This document shows, piece by piece, positions 23,452 to 35,379 of a stretch of DNA of 38,795 nt; within the stretch, counting starts at the first letter, position 1; every line of letters begins with the position of its first letter. This stretch comes from Octopus bimaculoides. Taxonomy: Eukaryota. The notes beneath the pieces are model-generated. The model was not told the origin of the DNA. It saw only the letters and a program-made list of their open reading frames with translations, and ran no database searches. The stretch spans positions 112,400,575 to 112,439,369 of the forward strand of contig NC_068983.1 of NCBI RefSeq assembly GCF_001194135.2. Direction: 5' to 3'. Made by a program: the position numbers and the translations under genes.

Positions 23452-24234
23452 CTGGAAAAGTGGAGAAAATAGAAATTTTCTGTCAAGCATCAAAATTTGA
23501 GAAATCTATCAATTTAAAACTTTTTTGTTAGAGAAATCAATTTCCTAAGATCCCAAAATAAAAGACACATTTTTTATTTATTTATACATTCATTTATTTA
23601 TTTATTTGCTTTTTAATTTTCAAAGCACTATAAAAGAACAATGTATTTTCTGAAAAACATTTTATTATTTTTTTAGGGATATTTTTGAATTAAAAAGAAA
23701 ATAACTTTATGAAATTTCTTTTTCAATTATTTTAATTGAATGATTGTTGAAAGTTGCTCTGTCTTTATTGCAATTGCAAATCCTCAATGAAAATTTCTAA
23801 AGCATGTTTACATGTATAATTTACTTTGTTGTTTTGCACAATTATTCCCACTTCCCATCATAGCCATTATTACAATCTAAATAAATTAAATTTGTCTAAA
23901 AAGAAAGTAGTCATTTAAAATTATGTAATCATTTGAAAACACATGCAAATTGTTATGGTGAAATATTTTTCTCTTCTTTGCTTTTTTCTTTCTCAGATAT
24001 AAAAGAAATTTCACCTCCTTATCAATTCAGAGTTTGTTTATGAGTAAATAAAAATAAGCAAAGAAATAAGTAGAAGCATTTCTTAAGGTAATATGGCATT
24101 GCATTTACTCATCTGGTTTTTTTTTTTTTTTTTTTTTTTTTTTTGGTGATAACAGATTTGGCTAAATGAGAACTGCAGCTAGTTAGTTATTTCAGTGTAT
24201 GTCTATGCAGTCTAATGTCAAGGATTCATAGAAG

Positions 24235-24660
24235 TGGTTGAGCTGGCAGAATCATTGGCACATTGCACAAAATGCTTAGTAGCATTTCATCTGTCTTTAC
24301 GTTCTGAGTTCTAATTCCACTGAGGTTGACTTTGTGTTTCATCCTTTCTGGTTCAATTAACCCTTTAGCATTTAAACCAGCTATGTTTGGCCCAGATATT
24401 CTACATATTTTAGGTTCATACTGGCCAGATCCAGCCTCTCACACCTACTCTACAATGTCTTTATAGAATAAAAACAATCATATCATTGAAACCTTGAAAG
24501 TATGAGATAATGCATGATTAATTCAAAACAATATGCCTAAGTAAGTATTATATCGAACAGAATAATCTGAATGCTAGAGGGTTAAATAAGAATCAGTTGA
24601 ACACAGATTGATGTAATCGACTTAGCCCCTCTCTCAAACCTGCTGGCCTAGAAACAAAAT
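24235..24660 (+). mobile_element. SINE-like family C (gagctggcagaatc head), split by a MITE
   Basis: Matches 29878-30470 and 30765-30975. Confidence 0.75.
24357..24585 (-). mobile_element. TTAA-flanked piggyBac-like MITE, complete
   Basis: ttaaccctttagcatt...aatgctagagggttaa; reverse orientation relative to the copy at 25089. Confidence 0.88.
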
Positions 24661-25088
24661 TTGAAACTAATATCAAGGATTCATATACCACTACTTGTGC
24701 TTTACCCTAATCTATCAAGTTTAGGTATGCTGAAGAGACACAATTCACTCATATCAGCAGCATGAGTACAATAAAATGATAATTTACTCTACTCTTGTAT
24801 CATTTGTGAGCTATTATTATACTACATATAAAACGACCCTCAAAAATGTGTTACTAAAAGAATGTTTTCATTGCTGTTCAACCAGCTAACAACAACAGAA
24901 AAACCTCACTTGAATCACACTCTACCATTATAAAAAGTAGGACAATTTTGATAATGCAGTCCTGGATACACAATACCTAAATTAAAGACATGGGGTAACA
25001 AGGATTTAGATTGTTATGGATGATAGCATGAAGTCAAAATATTTATAAAAAAATCTACACTCAAGGACAGTAAAGTCAGAATGTTTAT

Positions 25089-25727
25089 TTAACTCTTTAG
25101 CATTTAGATTACTCTGTCAAATGTAATGCTTATTTATCCACATTGTTTCATTCATTATCTTAATCATGCATTATCTTGTAGCTTTTAGACTTTGATGATC
25201 TGAACATTTGTTTTTAGACTGTCATTATAGTGTAGATGTGAGAAGTTGGATCTGGTCAGTTTGATCATAAAACAAGTAGGATATTTTGGCTGGATATAGG
25301 TAGTATAAATACTAAAGGGTTGTGGAGGTGCAATGTCTCAGTGGTTAGGGCAAAGGACTCGCAGTCATAGGATCGCGGTTTCAATTCCCAGACCGGGCGT
25401 TGTGAGTGTTTATTGAGCGAAAACACCTAAAGGCTCCACGAGGCTTTGGCAGGGGATGGTGGTGAACCCTGCTGTACTCTTTCACCACAACTTTCTCTCA
25501 CTCTTACTTCCTGTTTCCGTTGTGCCTGTATTTCAAAGGGCCAGCCTTGTCACACTGTGTCACGCTGAATATCCCCGAGAACTACGTTAAGGGTACACGT
25601 GTCTGTGAAGTGCTCAGCCACTTGCACGTTAATTTCACGAGCAAGCTGTTCCATTGATCGGATCAACTGGAACCCTCGACGTCGTAAGCAACGGAGTGCC
25701 AACAACAACAAAATGCTAAAGGGCTAA
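25089..25727 (+). mobile_element. TTAA MITE with a family-A SINE inserted in its right TIR
   Basis: ttaactctttagcatt start; TIR duplicated as aaatactaaagggt (25307-25320) and aaatgctaaagggc (25711-25724). Confidence 0.85.
25322..25710 (+). mobile_element. tRNA-derived SINE family A, full length, (AAC)n tail
   Basis: Head ggaggtgcaatgtctcagtggttagggc...ggtttcaattccc; copies at 18960 and 27916. Confidence 0.92.
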
Positions 25728-26599
25728 TATATCTATAGCCCATCAGTAGGAACCATTTCAAGTATAAGAGTGATACAATAGTCAGGTATTCAAATTTTGA
25801 TACATTATGGTATGCCTTAAGACTCTATGCCTAAGTCTATCAAATTGACAAGAAGTTATGCTTATATCTCCAGTAGTATTAATAGGAAAAAGTGTTCTTT
25901 TACACAAAAATATACTCCAACCAAATGCAATTCTTAAAAATAATCATTAAGTCAATAATTAAAAATAGCAATCAACTATCATGAAAAATAAATGTTAAAC
26001 AACATGGTAGATTGTAGCATTTTCATTCATAGCCTTATTCAATGGATGTTGAGAAATTTTAGTCTATTCTGAACAAGTACATAAAGCCTGGTAGAGCAGA
26101 ATGCTATGTAATTTGTTGATGTATTAAATATCAGGAATGAGGAACAATAAAAGGCGTCGTTGCAAAGAAAATTATCTTAAAACTAAGCAATAGCCTTTTT
26201 AATGTTCCTTTTACACAAGATGCACTTGACAGTTAAAGCAGATATTTATACTTCAAAGAATGTATTTAGTGATTTTTGGTGTGAAATAAGTATGACTGAA
26301 ATTGTAAATTAAACTCTTTAGATTCTGACATGTGTTTTATTGCAGATGCAGAACTTTTATGCTGTGAATATACATATTCCATTGAGAATACAAAAGCTGC
26401 ATTGTAACAGTTGACAATGCTTATTTTATTGAGTTACAGGTGATTTGAATGATAGAATATCAGACCATTAAGCAAATTTTTACACTTAATATCCTATTAT
26501 CAACACTATTCTCTCCATAGAGAATTTTTTTATCCATCTGAACATAGTTATTGTATGCAGCAGAAGTGCTATATAATAAACATGTCTTCGACAGAGTAA

Positions 26600-28642
26600 A
26601 AGGTAAAGTCCTCTAGCTTTGCACTGCAGAACACTGGGTTCAATGCTGAAAGAAACTTGTATTTTTTCTCCTTTACTTTTTGTCATTGTTCTGATACCAA
26701 CCAGAAAAATAGGACAGGACTTTAATTATCTGCTCTTTCTAAATAATTTTAAACTGTCTGTAAAATCAGAAGAGATTAACAACTTGATGCAAGCTGTTCA
26801 TGTAGTGAGTACAGATGTACAAAAGGAGATGAGTATCACAAAGTGTGTAACAGTTGCTACACACAGGAGAAAATGGGAGAATATCTGTGGAATAATATCA
26901 CCTAATGAAGGAAGATTGACAAACCTAGAGGAAACAGGATATAAATACTATGCAGTACTGTAGTTAGCCAATACAGTATCTAGAAAGAGGTAAAAATGAA
27001 TACAAAAGAACTACATTGATAGAGTAAGGCAATGAAAACTAAGCATTATTCCAGAAACCTTGTGTGTGCCATCAATGCTTGAGCTATAGCTGTTGTTTGC
27101 TACAGTGCAGCCATATTTGACTGCACATATGAGGAAATTAATGAGATGGACTGATGTATATGGAAATTGCTGTTCAAATATTTATACCCCAACTCACCAG
27201 TATGTGAACTGAAAATACAGTTGCAGAGGCTTGATTAGGGCACTGAAACGTGCTGCTGCAGAAAGACAAACACTGGATTTTATCTGGAGAACAGCAGTAA
27301 GGTTTTACTTCAAACACTTAAGTTAATGGATTGAAGAAGGAAGAGACTGAAACCAAAGATTCATACAAAGAAAGGGTAGAGATGGTGAAAGTTGGGAGTC
27401 AGAGGCCAATGGATCTACATGGAAAGTTTGAAAGGGGAAGTAGAAATGTGAAGACTGATGATTCATTGACATGGCTAGGGAGGGAAGAGCTAAAGAGACA
27501 AACAGAATATCTTCTTATTGCAGCCCAGGATCAGGCCGCTGTGACTAACTCCATAAAGAAGTCTACTTAAAAGACAGCTGAACGTGCTGCTTGTGTGGGA
27601 AATATGTGGAGAGTATGACACACATTGTCAGTGTGAGTGTGGGATGCTTTCACATGAATACAATGCCTGCCATGACAAAGTGAGTCAGTATGTTTTATAG
27701 AACCTCTATATATTCTATGGATTAGAAGTACAAGAGAATTGGTATGACCACAAGACAAAGCCAATCATGGAGAACAACAGCACAGACATTCAGCGAGACT
27801 TTAATGTGCAAGTGGACAAAGTGATCAAGTGTAGATGACCAAACATCATATTGCTGGTCAAGGAGTCTCTCAAAAATTTCATTATTGATTTAGCATTACC
27901 AGGTGGCCATAATGTGTTGGCAATCTGTCGCTTACGACGTCGAGGGTTCCAGTTGATCTGATCAATGGAACAGCCTGCTCGTGAAATTAACGTGCAAGTG
28001 GCTGAACACTCCACAGACACGTGTACCCTAAAAGTAGTTCTCGGGGATATTCAGCGTGACACAGTATGACAAGGCTGACCCTTTGAATTACAGGCACAAC
28101 AGAAACAGGAAGTAAGATTGAGAGAAAGTTGTGGTGAAACAGTACAGCAGAGTTCGCCACCATCCCCTACCGGTGCCTTATGGAGCTTTAGATGTTTTCG
28201 CTCAATAAACACTCACAACGCCTGGTCTGGGAATCGAAACCGCGATCCTATGACTGCGAGTCTGCTACCCTAACCACTGGGCCATTGCACCTCCACGGCC
28301 ATAATGTAGCAGCTAAAGAAGCTGCAAAGGTTACCGATTATGAAAATTTGAAGGCAGAAATAAAAAAAGAATGTGGAACATCACTAATAAAGTTATTCCT
28401 ATACTGATAGTCTCTTGACCAACTTAAAACCAAATATGATATTAGCACTATACAGAAAATTATTCCATTAGAAACTGCTCATATCCTGAAAATAATTCTC
28501 TTTGACTGGAGTCTCAGACCTGATGGAGAGATCAGAAAAGAAAATGAAGCCAGTTTTTAGAAACTAAAATGATGTTGTTTTTGCTGCTCCCTAGCTTTAA
28601 GGATGTTTCTTGGCTGCAATGATTTTCACAATAATAATAATA
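26600..28642 (+). mobile_element. RLE-type non-LTR retrotransposon (R4/Dong-like by inference), 5'-truncated, decayed, ending in (ATA)n
   Basis: NYLLFLNNFKL (RT remnant), GYKYYAVL, LKRQTEYLLIAAQDQA, CCHC remnant, IIDLALPGGHNV..KEAAKVTDYENLKAEI; ataataataata at 28631-28642. Confidence 0.85.
27916..28296 (-). mobile_element. SINE family A with perfect 11-bp TSD ggccataatgt, inside the RLE domain
   Basis: TSD at 27905-27915 and 28297-28307. Confidence 0.93.
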
Positions 28643-28644
28643 TG

Positions 28645-29170
28645 CAATACCAGGCAGTGGCTCTCGTGGCTTCTGATCTTAACTGATTGGAAGTGTTATC
28701 ATGTACATTGTTTTGTCTTGGTATAAAAAGATGGGCTACAGCAAATATTCCGCTCAGTACCACAGATTTGCTTGTAAGTTGTTTGACCTTAACCAGTTGA
28801 GCATGTCTCTTGGTGGCTGATGATATGTGCATCTCTGATTATGACAAAAAGTAGTGGGGGAGCATCATAGCCATGTGTTGAGAGGAATTCTTTGGGGGTT
28901 TGCATAATTCACTTCCAGAAACATGGGTGTTTCATTCAACATCCTTATTCAGGGACTTGTTGAGTAGATGGGCTACTCGACACAAAGAAAATTCTAACTG
29001 GGCCCACCTGCAAAGTCATTCACTCTTCACTCTTCATCTTGATACAAAATCATCATGTTACACACATAAGGTTGTGATGCATGAGCCTGGTGTACCCTTA
29101 TCAGATGAGTAGTCATGATAAGCATATTGGGTTGCATGTATTTGTACCCCAGTGTCACTTTGATGACATG
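28645..29170. repeat. Probable interspersed repeat, unclassified
   Basis: Recognised from memory as a recurrent octopus repeat. No second copy in this window to confirm it. Confidence 0.4.
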
Positions 29171-29639
29171 CATGGCTCTTTCACTCAATAACAATAAAGG
29201 TATTATATGATTTTGAAATTGCTTACATTGCCATAAAAGGCCTTGCTCATACTTTGGAATACAGCAAAATAGCCACAAATTAAAAAAAAATTATGAAATT
29301 TAGCATAACTGAATTATCCTAATATTTGCAGATGAATTGATGTTTTCCATGTTACGAGTAAAGCATTTTCATGCAGGAATATAAACATACACTGTTGGCG
29401 GTCATCGTCATTGTTTTAACGTCTGCTTTTCCATGCTTTCAGAAATCAGTAGACTTCGTTAAAGCAGACTTTTTATTGCCAGGTGCCCTTCATGATGCCA
29501 ATACTTGGTTGCTCCAATCAAGGTAACATATCTCCCTTGTTTAAACATGATGTTCCTAGAGGACTAGATACAAACACCATTGCTTGTAAATCATGATGCT
29601 GGTACACAGCTATCACATAAAGTCAAAATAAGGTACACA

Positions 29640-29815
29640 CAAGCACACACACACACACACACACACACAATTAGTCTACCAAATCTACTCTCAAGGATTT
29701 GGTTGGTCTGGGGTTATAGTAGAACACACTTGTCAAAGATGCTACACAGTGGGACTGAACCTGAAACTGCTTTGTCAAGAAGCATGCTCTTAACCACATA
29801 GCTATGTCAGCACCT
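29640..29815 (-). mobile_element. SINE family B 5' part, inverted, ending in (CA)n
   Basis: ctaccaaatctactctcaaggatttgg...gggactgaacc...cttaaccacatagc. Confidence 0.75.
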
Positions 29816-29877
29816 TGAAATTACTGTTGGCAATTTACATATTGTATTAGAAATCATACTGTAAATGTTCTATCATT

Positions 29878-29973
29878 ATTTGAGCTGGCAGAATTGTTAG
29901 GCATGACTGTGTGGTAAGAAGCTTGCTTCCCAACCACAAGGTTCCGGGTTCAGTCCGTCGTATTTATACATAT

Positions 29974-30045
<72 letters not shown>

Positions 30046-30470
30046 GTATGTCTGTATGTATGTATATGTTTGTGAGTCTGTGGTCGTTCCCCTACCAACG
30101 CTTGACAACCGATGTTGGTGTGTTTATGTGCCCGTAACTTAGCAGTTTGGCATTAGAGACCGATAGAATCTTTACTAGACTTACAAAGAATAATTCCTGG
30201 GGTCGATTCCTTTGACTAAAGGCAGTGCTCCAGCATGATTACAGTCAAATGACTGAAACAAGTAAACAAATAAACGGATAAAAGAATGCCAGGTAAAATG
30301 CTTCACGGCATTTCATTTGTCTTTACATTCTGAGTTCAAATTCTGCCAAGACTGACTTTGCCTTTCATCTTTTCAGGATTGAAAAATTAAGCACCAGTGG
30401 AGTACTGGGATGTAATCAACTAATCCCCTCCCTTCAAATTTCAAGCCTTGTGCTTATTGTATAAAGGATT
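29878..30470 (+). mobile_element. Family C element with a family-B SINE (29906-30287) nested in its head; (ATT)n tail
   Basis: Family C head gagctggcagaattgttag resumes at ccaggtaaaatgctt after the B copy. Confidence 0.75.
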
Positions 30471-30764
30471 ATTATTATTATTATTATTATTATTATTGTT
30501 GTTATTATTATCATGTTGTTTTTTTTCTTCTTCAAATTTTCCTCCATTTCTCGCCGAGTGTTTTCCATACACCTAGGGCAGAGAAACTTGTATGCATTCC
30601 CAGTTTACACACGAAAATTCACAGGTAAAATATGTATCTAAAATAAAAATAAAATAAAATAAAATAAAATAAAATTTTTAAAAAAAATTCATGTATGGAT
30701 GTTGTTTTCACAGCGATAATGCTCTTCTCAGTACATTGTTATTATTATTATTATTAAGGTGGGT

Positions 30765-30975
30765 GGCAAGCTAACAGAATCATTAGCACACTGGATGAAA
30801 TGCTTAACAGTATTTCACCCATCACTATGTTCTGAGTTCAAATTCTGTCATGGCCAACTTTGTCTTTTATCCTTTCATGGTTGATAAATTAAGCACCAGT
30901 AAAACACTGGGGTCAATGTAATTGACTAGTCCCCTCCCCCAATTTCAGGCCTTGTGACTTCAGTAGAAAGGATTA
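30765..30975 (+). mobile_element. Family C element with (ATT)n tail
   Basis: Homologous to 30288-30470. Confidence 0.75.
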
Positions 30976-31013
30976 TTATTATTATCATTATTATTATTAA
31001 TAATAATAATAAT

Positions 31014-31317
31014 GAGGGCACATGGCTAAGTGGTTAGGGTGATGCACTCAAGATCACTAGATCATGGTTTCAATTCCTAGGCAAGGTGGTGCATTGTGTT
31101 CTTGAGCAAAACACTTCATCTCACATTGCTCTGTGATCACTTCTCAACACATGACATGTGGTACACTGTGCACCTGTTCAGACAAAGTTGATTTGAAGGA
31201 GGGAGTGAGCTAATGTGTGGCACAAACATTTGATCACTATAAGCAAACCATTCGTGTAGGTTGTTCGGTAAAGCACTGAACAATCATACATCATCTTCGA
31301 CAGGAGAGTCCATCATT
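31014..31317 (+). mobile_element. SINE family D (head 2 + CORE-like + D tail)
   Basis: gagggcacatggctaagtggttaggg head and ttgtgttcttgagcaaaacac CORE-like block. Confidence 0.75.
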
Positions 31318-31423
31318 ATTATTTTTACAATGTAAGGTGATTTTAGAAAATAATTTTCAGCATATTTTATAATATATTTTGAATAAATGTTAAAGAACTC
31401 TTTTGATTCTGGTATAACCTATA

Positions 31424-31745
31424 TGTGGAGGCACAATGGCCCAGTGGTTAGGGCAGCGGACTTGTGGTCGGAGTATCACGGTTTTGATTCCCAGACCAGG
31501 CGTTGTGTGTGTTTATTGAGCAAAAACACCTAAAACTCCACGAGGCTCCAGCAGGGGGAAGGTGGCGACCCCTGTTGTACTCTTTCTCCCCAACTTTCTC
31601 TCACTCTTTCTTCCTGTTTCTTGAGTAACACTGCGATGGACTGGCGTCCCATCCAGCTGGGGGGGGAACATATACGCCATAGAAACTGGGAAACCAGGCC
31701 CATGAGCCTGGCTAGGCTTTAAATGGTGCATAAAATAAAAAATAA
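31424..31745 (+). mobile_element. SINE with family-A head/body and a different, V-domain-like 3' part; perfect 11-bp TSD tataacctata
   Basis: TSD at 31413-31423 and 31746-31756. Matches family A up to ttcctgtttc (31620), then ctgcgatggactggcgtcccatccag. Confidence 0.88.
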
Positions 31746-33821
31746 TATAACCTATAATATAATATTAGGTCACTAAGAAATTAAAGTATTTATATTGAAT
31801 ATGTTCAAGTAAGCATTCGCAATAAAATTTGTTTTACTATATCTTATTTTTCCAAAAATAAAACAACAAGGTTAATCTAATATCTGGCCAATATTTATAA
31901 CCACTTAATTGTTTGAGATATTCTTTCATTATGTGTAATCAACATAAAATGTAGAATTATAAATATGGAAAAGAAAAATACTAAGGAAGTGTTCTAAAAA
32001 TACTGTAATGACTTTAATGTGATGTAGTACAACTTTCAAACTTGCATTGACAGAAACACATTGATGGAGTTTAATACTAAGCAACACATCTATAAAATGA
32101 CAATAAAATTGCATCTCTCCGAGCAAGTGACTATAAAATATAACTGAACTAAAGATAAAAAAATTCAAAGAAAAGTTGTTTTGAGTGCTTTATAAATTTC
32201 CTCATGATAATCATCTCTAATATACATTGTTTAAATATTATTTCTTATCTGCATTGCAGTTTGGTTCTGTTTGCTTACTATTTACAACAACAAAAATAAT
32301 GATAATAATAATTTGTCAACAGTAAATAGAAAGCAACTATTCCTGAATCACATGCACATGCACGCATACTGAATTTTAGTGCATAGAATGTATATAATAG
32401 TATCCACCAAAAACAAAGTAACTGAAGAGCAGCAAATACTGTAAAGGGATAATTTTTTAGATATGGATATATAGTTCAAAGAGGTTTACTGAATAGAATT
32501 ATCTACAGAATTTTCCTAAGATTATCTGGATTCTTCTGTTTCTTTTGCAAGCTAATCCAGTTATTTATTATAAACCACCAGATAATTCAATAAAGTAAGC
32601 CAAACAAATTTCTCTATCTTCTAAATCCTTCGGGTCATTTTCTCTTCTCCCACTAACTTTATTAGGGAACTGTTACCATCTTATTGACTGCACAGTCAAA
32701 TGATAAAAGTTACTGAATGTATAAGTTACAGCTTAATAACTTATTGGTTGATTCACATCCTCTCTTCAACCAAACAGTTACTTTAAATTTTAAAACATAA
32801 ATGAATTTTTAAAGTATACTCTATTTTATCTTTTCTGACTAAGATATTTAATGAAAATTTTGCTTTTAAGTATGAACAAATACATGATGAAACAAAAGGT
32901 TAAGATTTTTCAACTTTATTTTGATAATAAACCACTCCAAAATAACATCTGTACCAATCATTAGTAAGTTAAAAACAATATAAATGGCTTTTTCTTCATC
33001 ATGACAAAAGAGAAGGAAAAGTAGGTTACTTACATAGTTATGAACAGAAATACTCATAATCAGAAAATTCTGCAAATATCTAAACCACACATTATAACTT
33101 TGAAAATGTATTAATGCATTAGAAAAATTGCTTGCAACAGATGACTGCAAGTATTAGGGAAATGTTTTTGCCATAGGAAAATCTACAAGAGACATACACT
33201 AATACTCTATCAAAGTAATGTGTGGTTTTGTTCCTTCCTTTCAACCTCTTAAAAACAACTTCATATCAGAGCATAACCAACTGAAATCAGCTTCATTATT
33301 TCAATCCACTACAAGCTTGACTGGAACCCAATTTCAAGCTATTGAACTAGAATTATGCTGCAGAAATACCAGTCTGTCAATGGAGCAAGAAACAATCAAA
33401 CCAAATATCATTCATACCTTTATAAAAAATATCCTTAAAAAATAAAGCAACAGATTCTGTCTAATTCTCTGAATCAGCAGTATTATAATTGAGCATTCAC
33501 TCCATTGACAAATTTATTATTGATATTTTCATTATTATTCCATAAAGAAAGTTTCTCTCTGAATTTGTCATATCTCTACTCCTCACCTATAATATATATA
33601 CATCTTTCTCTCTTCTCTCTTTGTAGTCTTTAATCTTTCAGCTGGCCAATCATCAAAGCACTCCACAACATTTTTCAAAATTTATAAAATAACAATTATT
33701 GAGTTGATTGAGGTGATAATACCCACAACAAGAACTTGAACCTATGTTATAAAGCAAAATACATACATTCATACATATATACATACATACAGACAGACAT
33801 ACATACATACTTACATACAGC

Positions 33822-34015
33822 AGATGTTAGCATAAAGCTGAGGATCAGTGAAAAAGAGAACACCCATGCTGGACTATTGAGAAATCTGCAGTTACTCTAT
33901 CCAGATTACAAGTTCAGGTCTAAACTTGTAATTGTTGGGACCCTAGGATATGTAACACACTGCCTAAATACCAATCTTGAGAAATTAGGCTTCTCAAAAC
34001 CAGAAAAAAGAAAGT
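33822..34015 (+). mobile_element. RLE-domain fragment of the same family as 17880-21560, between (CATA)n and (GA)n
   Basis: ADVSIKLRISEKENTHAGLLRNLQLLYPDYKF versus ADVNIYLKIKEKEDNYGQLLRNLLMYPDYKF. Confidence 0.85.
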
Positions 34016-35379
34016 AAAAATCTGAGAGAGAGAGAGAGAGAGTCATTTCAGTCATAAAGTGCAGTAAGGAGAAAGATGAAACTTATTTACAATAAGTTGT
34101 AGTTGTTGCTATTTAGATTCAGAACAGCACTGATTAAGCAGACCTGAGATAAAAACCATTCCAACAGATCAATGCTCTCTTTTATGTTTCCTTATTTCTA
34201 AAAAATCCAGGAGACATTATCCAATTGATTCTTTTCTAAATCATTGCGATAGGATTTAAGGTATAGTTGGCTATTATTTCTAATAGTTTAAGTGACCATA
34301 TAGAGGCTCTCTCATTGGCTTCAAATGCATCTGTTCACATACATATGAAATCAACCTCTATATTTCCAAAAATATCACATCAGAAATAAAAGATCTTAGA
34401 TTTAGCATCAGTTTCCTCAATCAATAATTTATTTTTCATTTCCTGAAATATGACAATAATAATATTTTCATGTTTAAAGAAAACAAAATAACACCACTGA
34501 CTTACTCTTTATTATTCTACTCTCATTGCAATAAGATTACATATGCTAAGATTAATAGCTTCTACAAAACATCATGTCCACAAAATATCAAACATTCTAT
34601 CAAGAAAACTGGGTTTTTGCTGTAAGTTAGAATATGCCTGTTTATTACAAAATGCTGCTTAAAACTGTGAATGATATATTTAAGTTAGAAATAGTTGTAC
34701 TTTGTAGTTCTCTTGGGATTTTTTTTTCTGTTGCCATACGAGCAAATATTCCTTTAAAAGCATTCTCCAAGTATTAGCTTGTCATGACAATGTGCCTTTT
34801 CCCTGTTTATTCTATTATTACCACAATCTTTGCTTTTCAGAATTTGCTGGCAGTTTCTCTCTTCTACTAAAATTTATTATTATTTTTTGTTTTTGTTGCA
34901 TTTGCGTTTTTTTCTTCTTTATGTTGTACTCCTTATATGAATCTATACATCTCCAGATACCCAGTCATTAAACAATATGTATATATATTATGTATTTTCT
35001 GGAATATAATCTCTACATATATATAGCTAAATATTCATATTCATTTTCCTGTAATAAATAAGTTCCAGAATTTCCTGAGTATGATAGCAACAATAAAAGA
35101 ATATACAACCATGGGAGGATTTTTTTTATGTAAAACCTTTAAATCAGTTCCTCAATATCTTAGTAAAATGCAAAATGTTAAATAAACTCATATAAATATC
35201 TATTCATCACCTTACACTTTAGGCTCTGGTATAATATACACATATAAATGCATACATACATACATTCATACATACATACATACATTTGTAAACACAAGTT
35301 CTACTCATCATTTACTTATTGCATTAAATCTATGTAATACCATAACTATCATTATCCCTAACAATAATTAACCTTAAGG

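Noticed and set aside
24706-24729. 24-nt minus-strand exon candidate (ctcttcag|...AGG|gtaaag)
   Set aside because: The only open frame ends in phase 2, incompatible with the phase-0 exon at 23451.
25322-25400. tRNA-like sequences at SINE heads (also 12371, 19260, 28220, 31014, 31427)
   Set aside because: Continuous with SINE bodies and TSDs and lacking a full cloverleaf; not tRNA genes.
33034-33069. 36-nt minus-strand exon candidate with gtaagt donor (NFLIMSISVHNY)
   Set aside because: Phase-compatible, but no similarity to the cyclase juxtamembrane/KHD region and a weak polypyrimidine tract.
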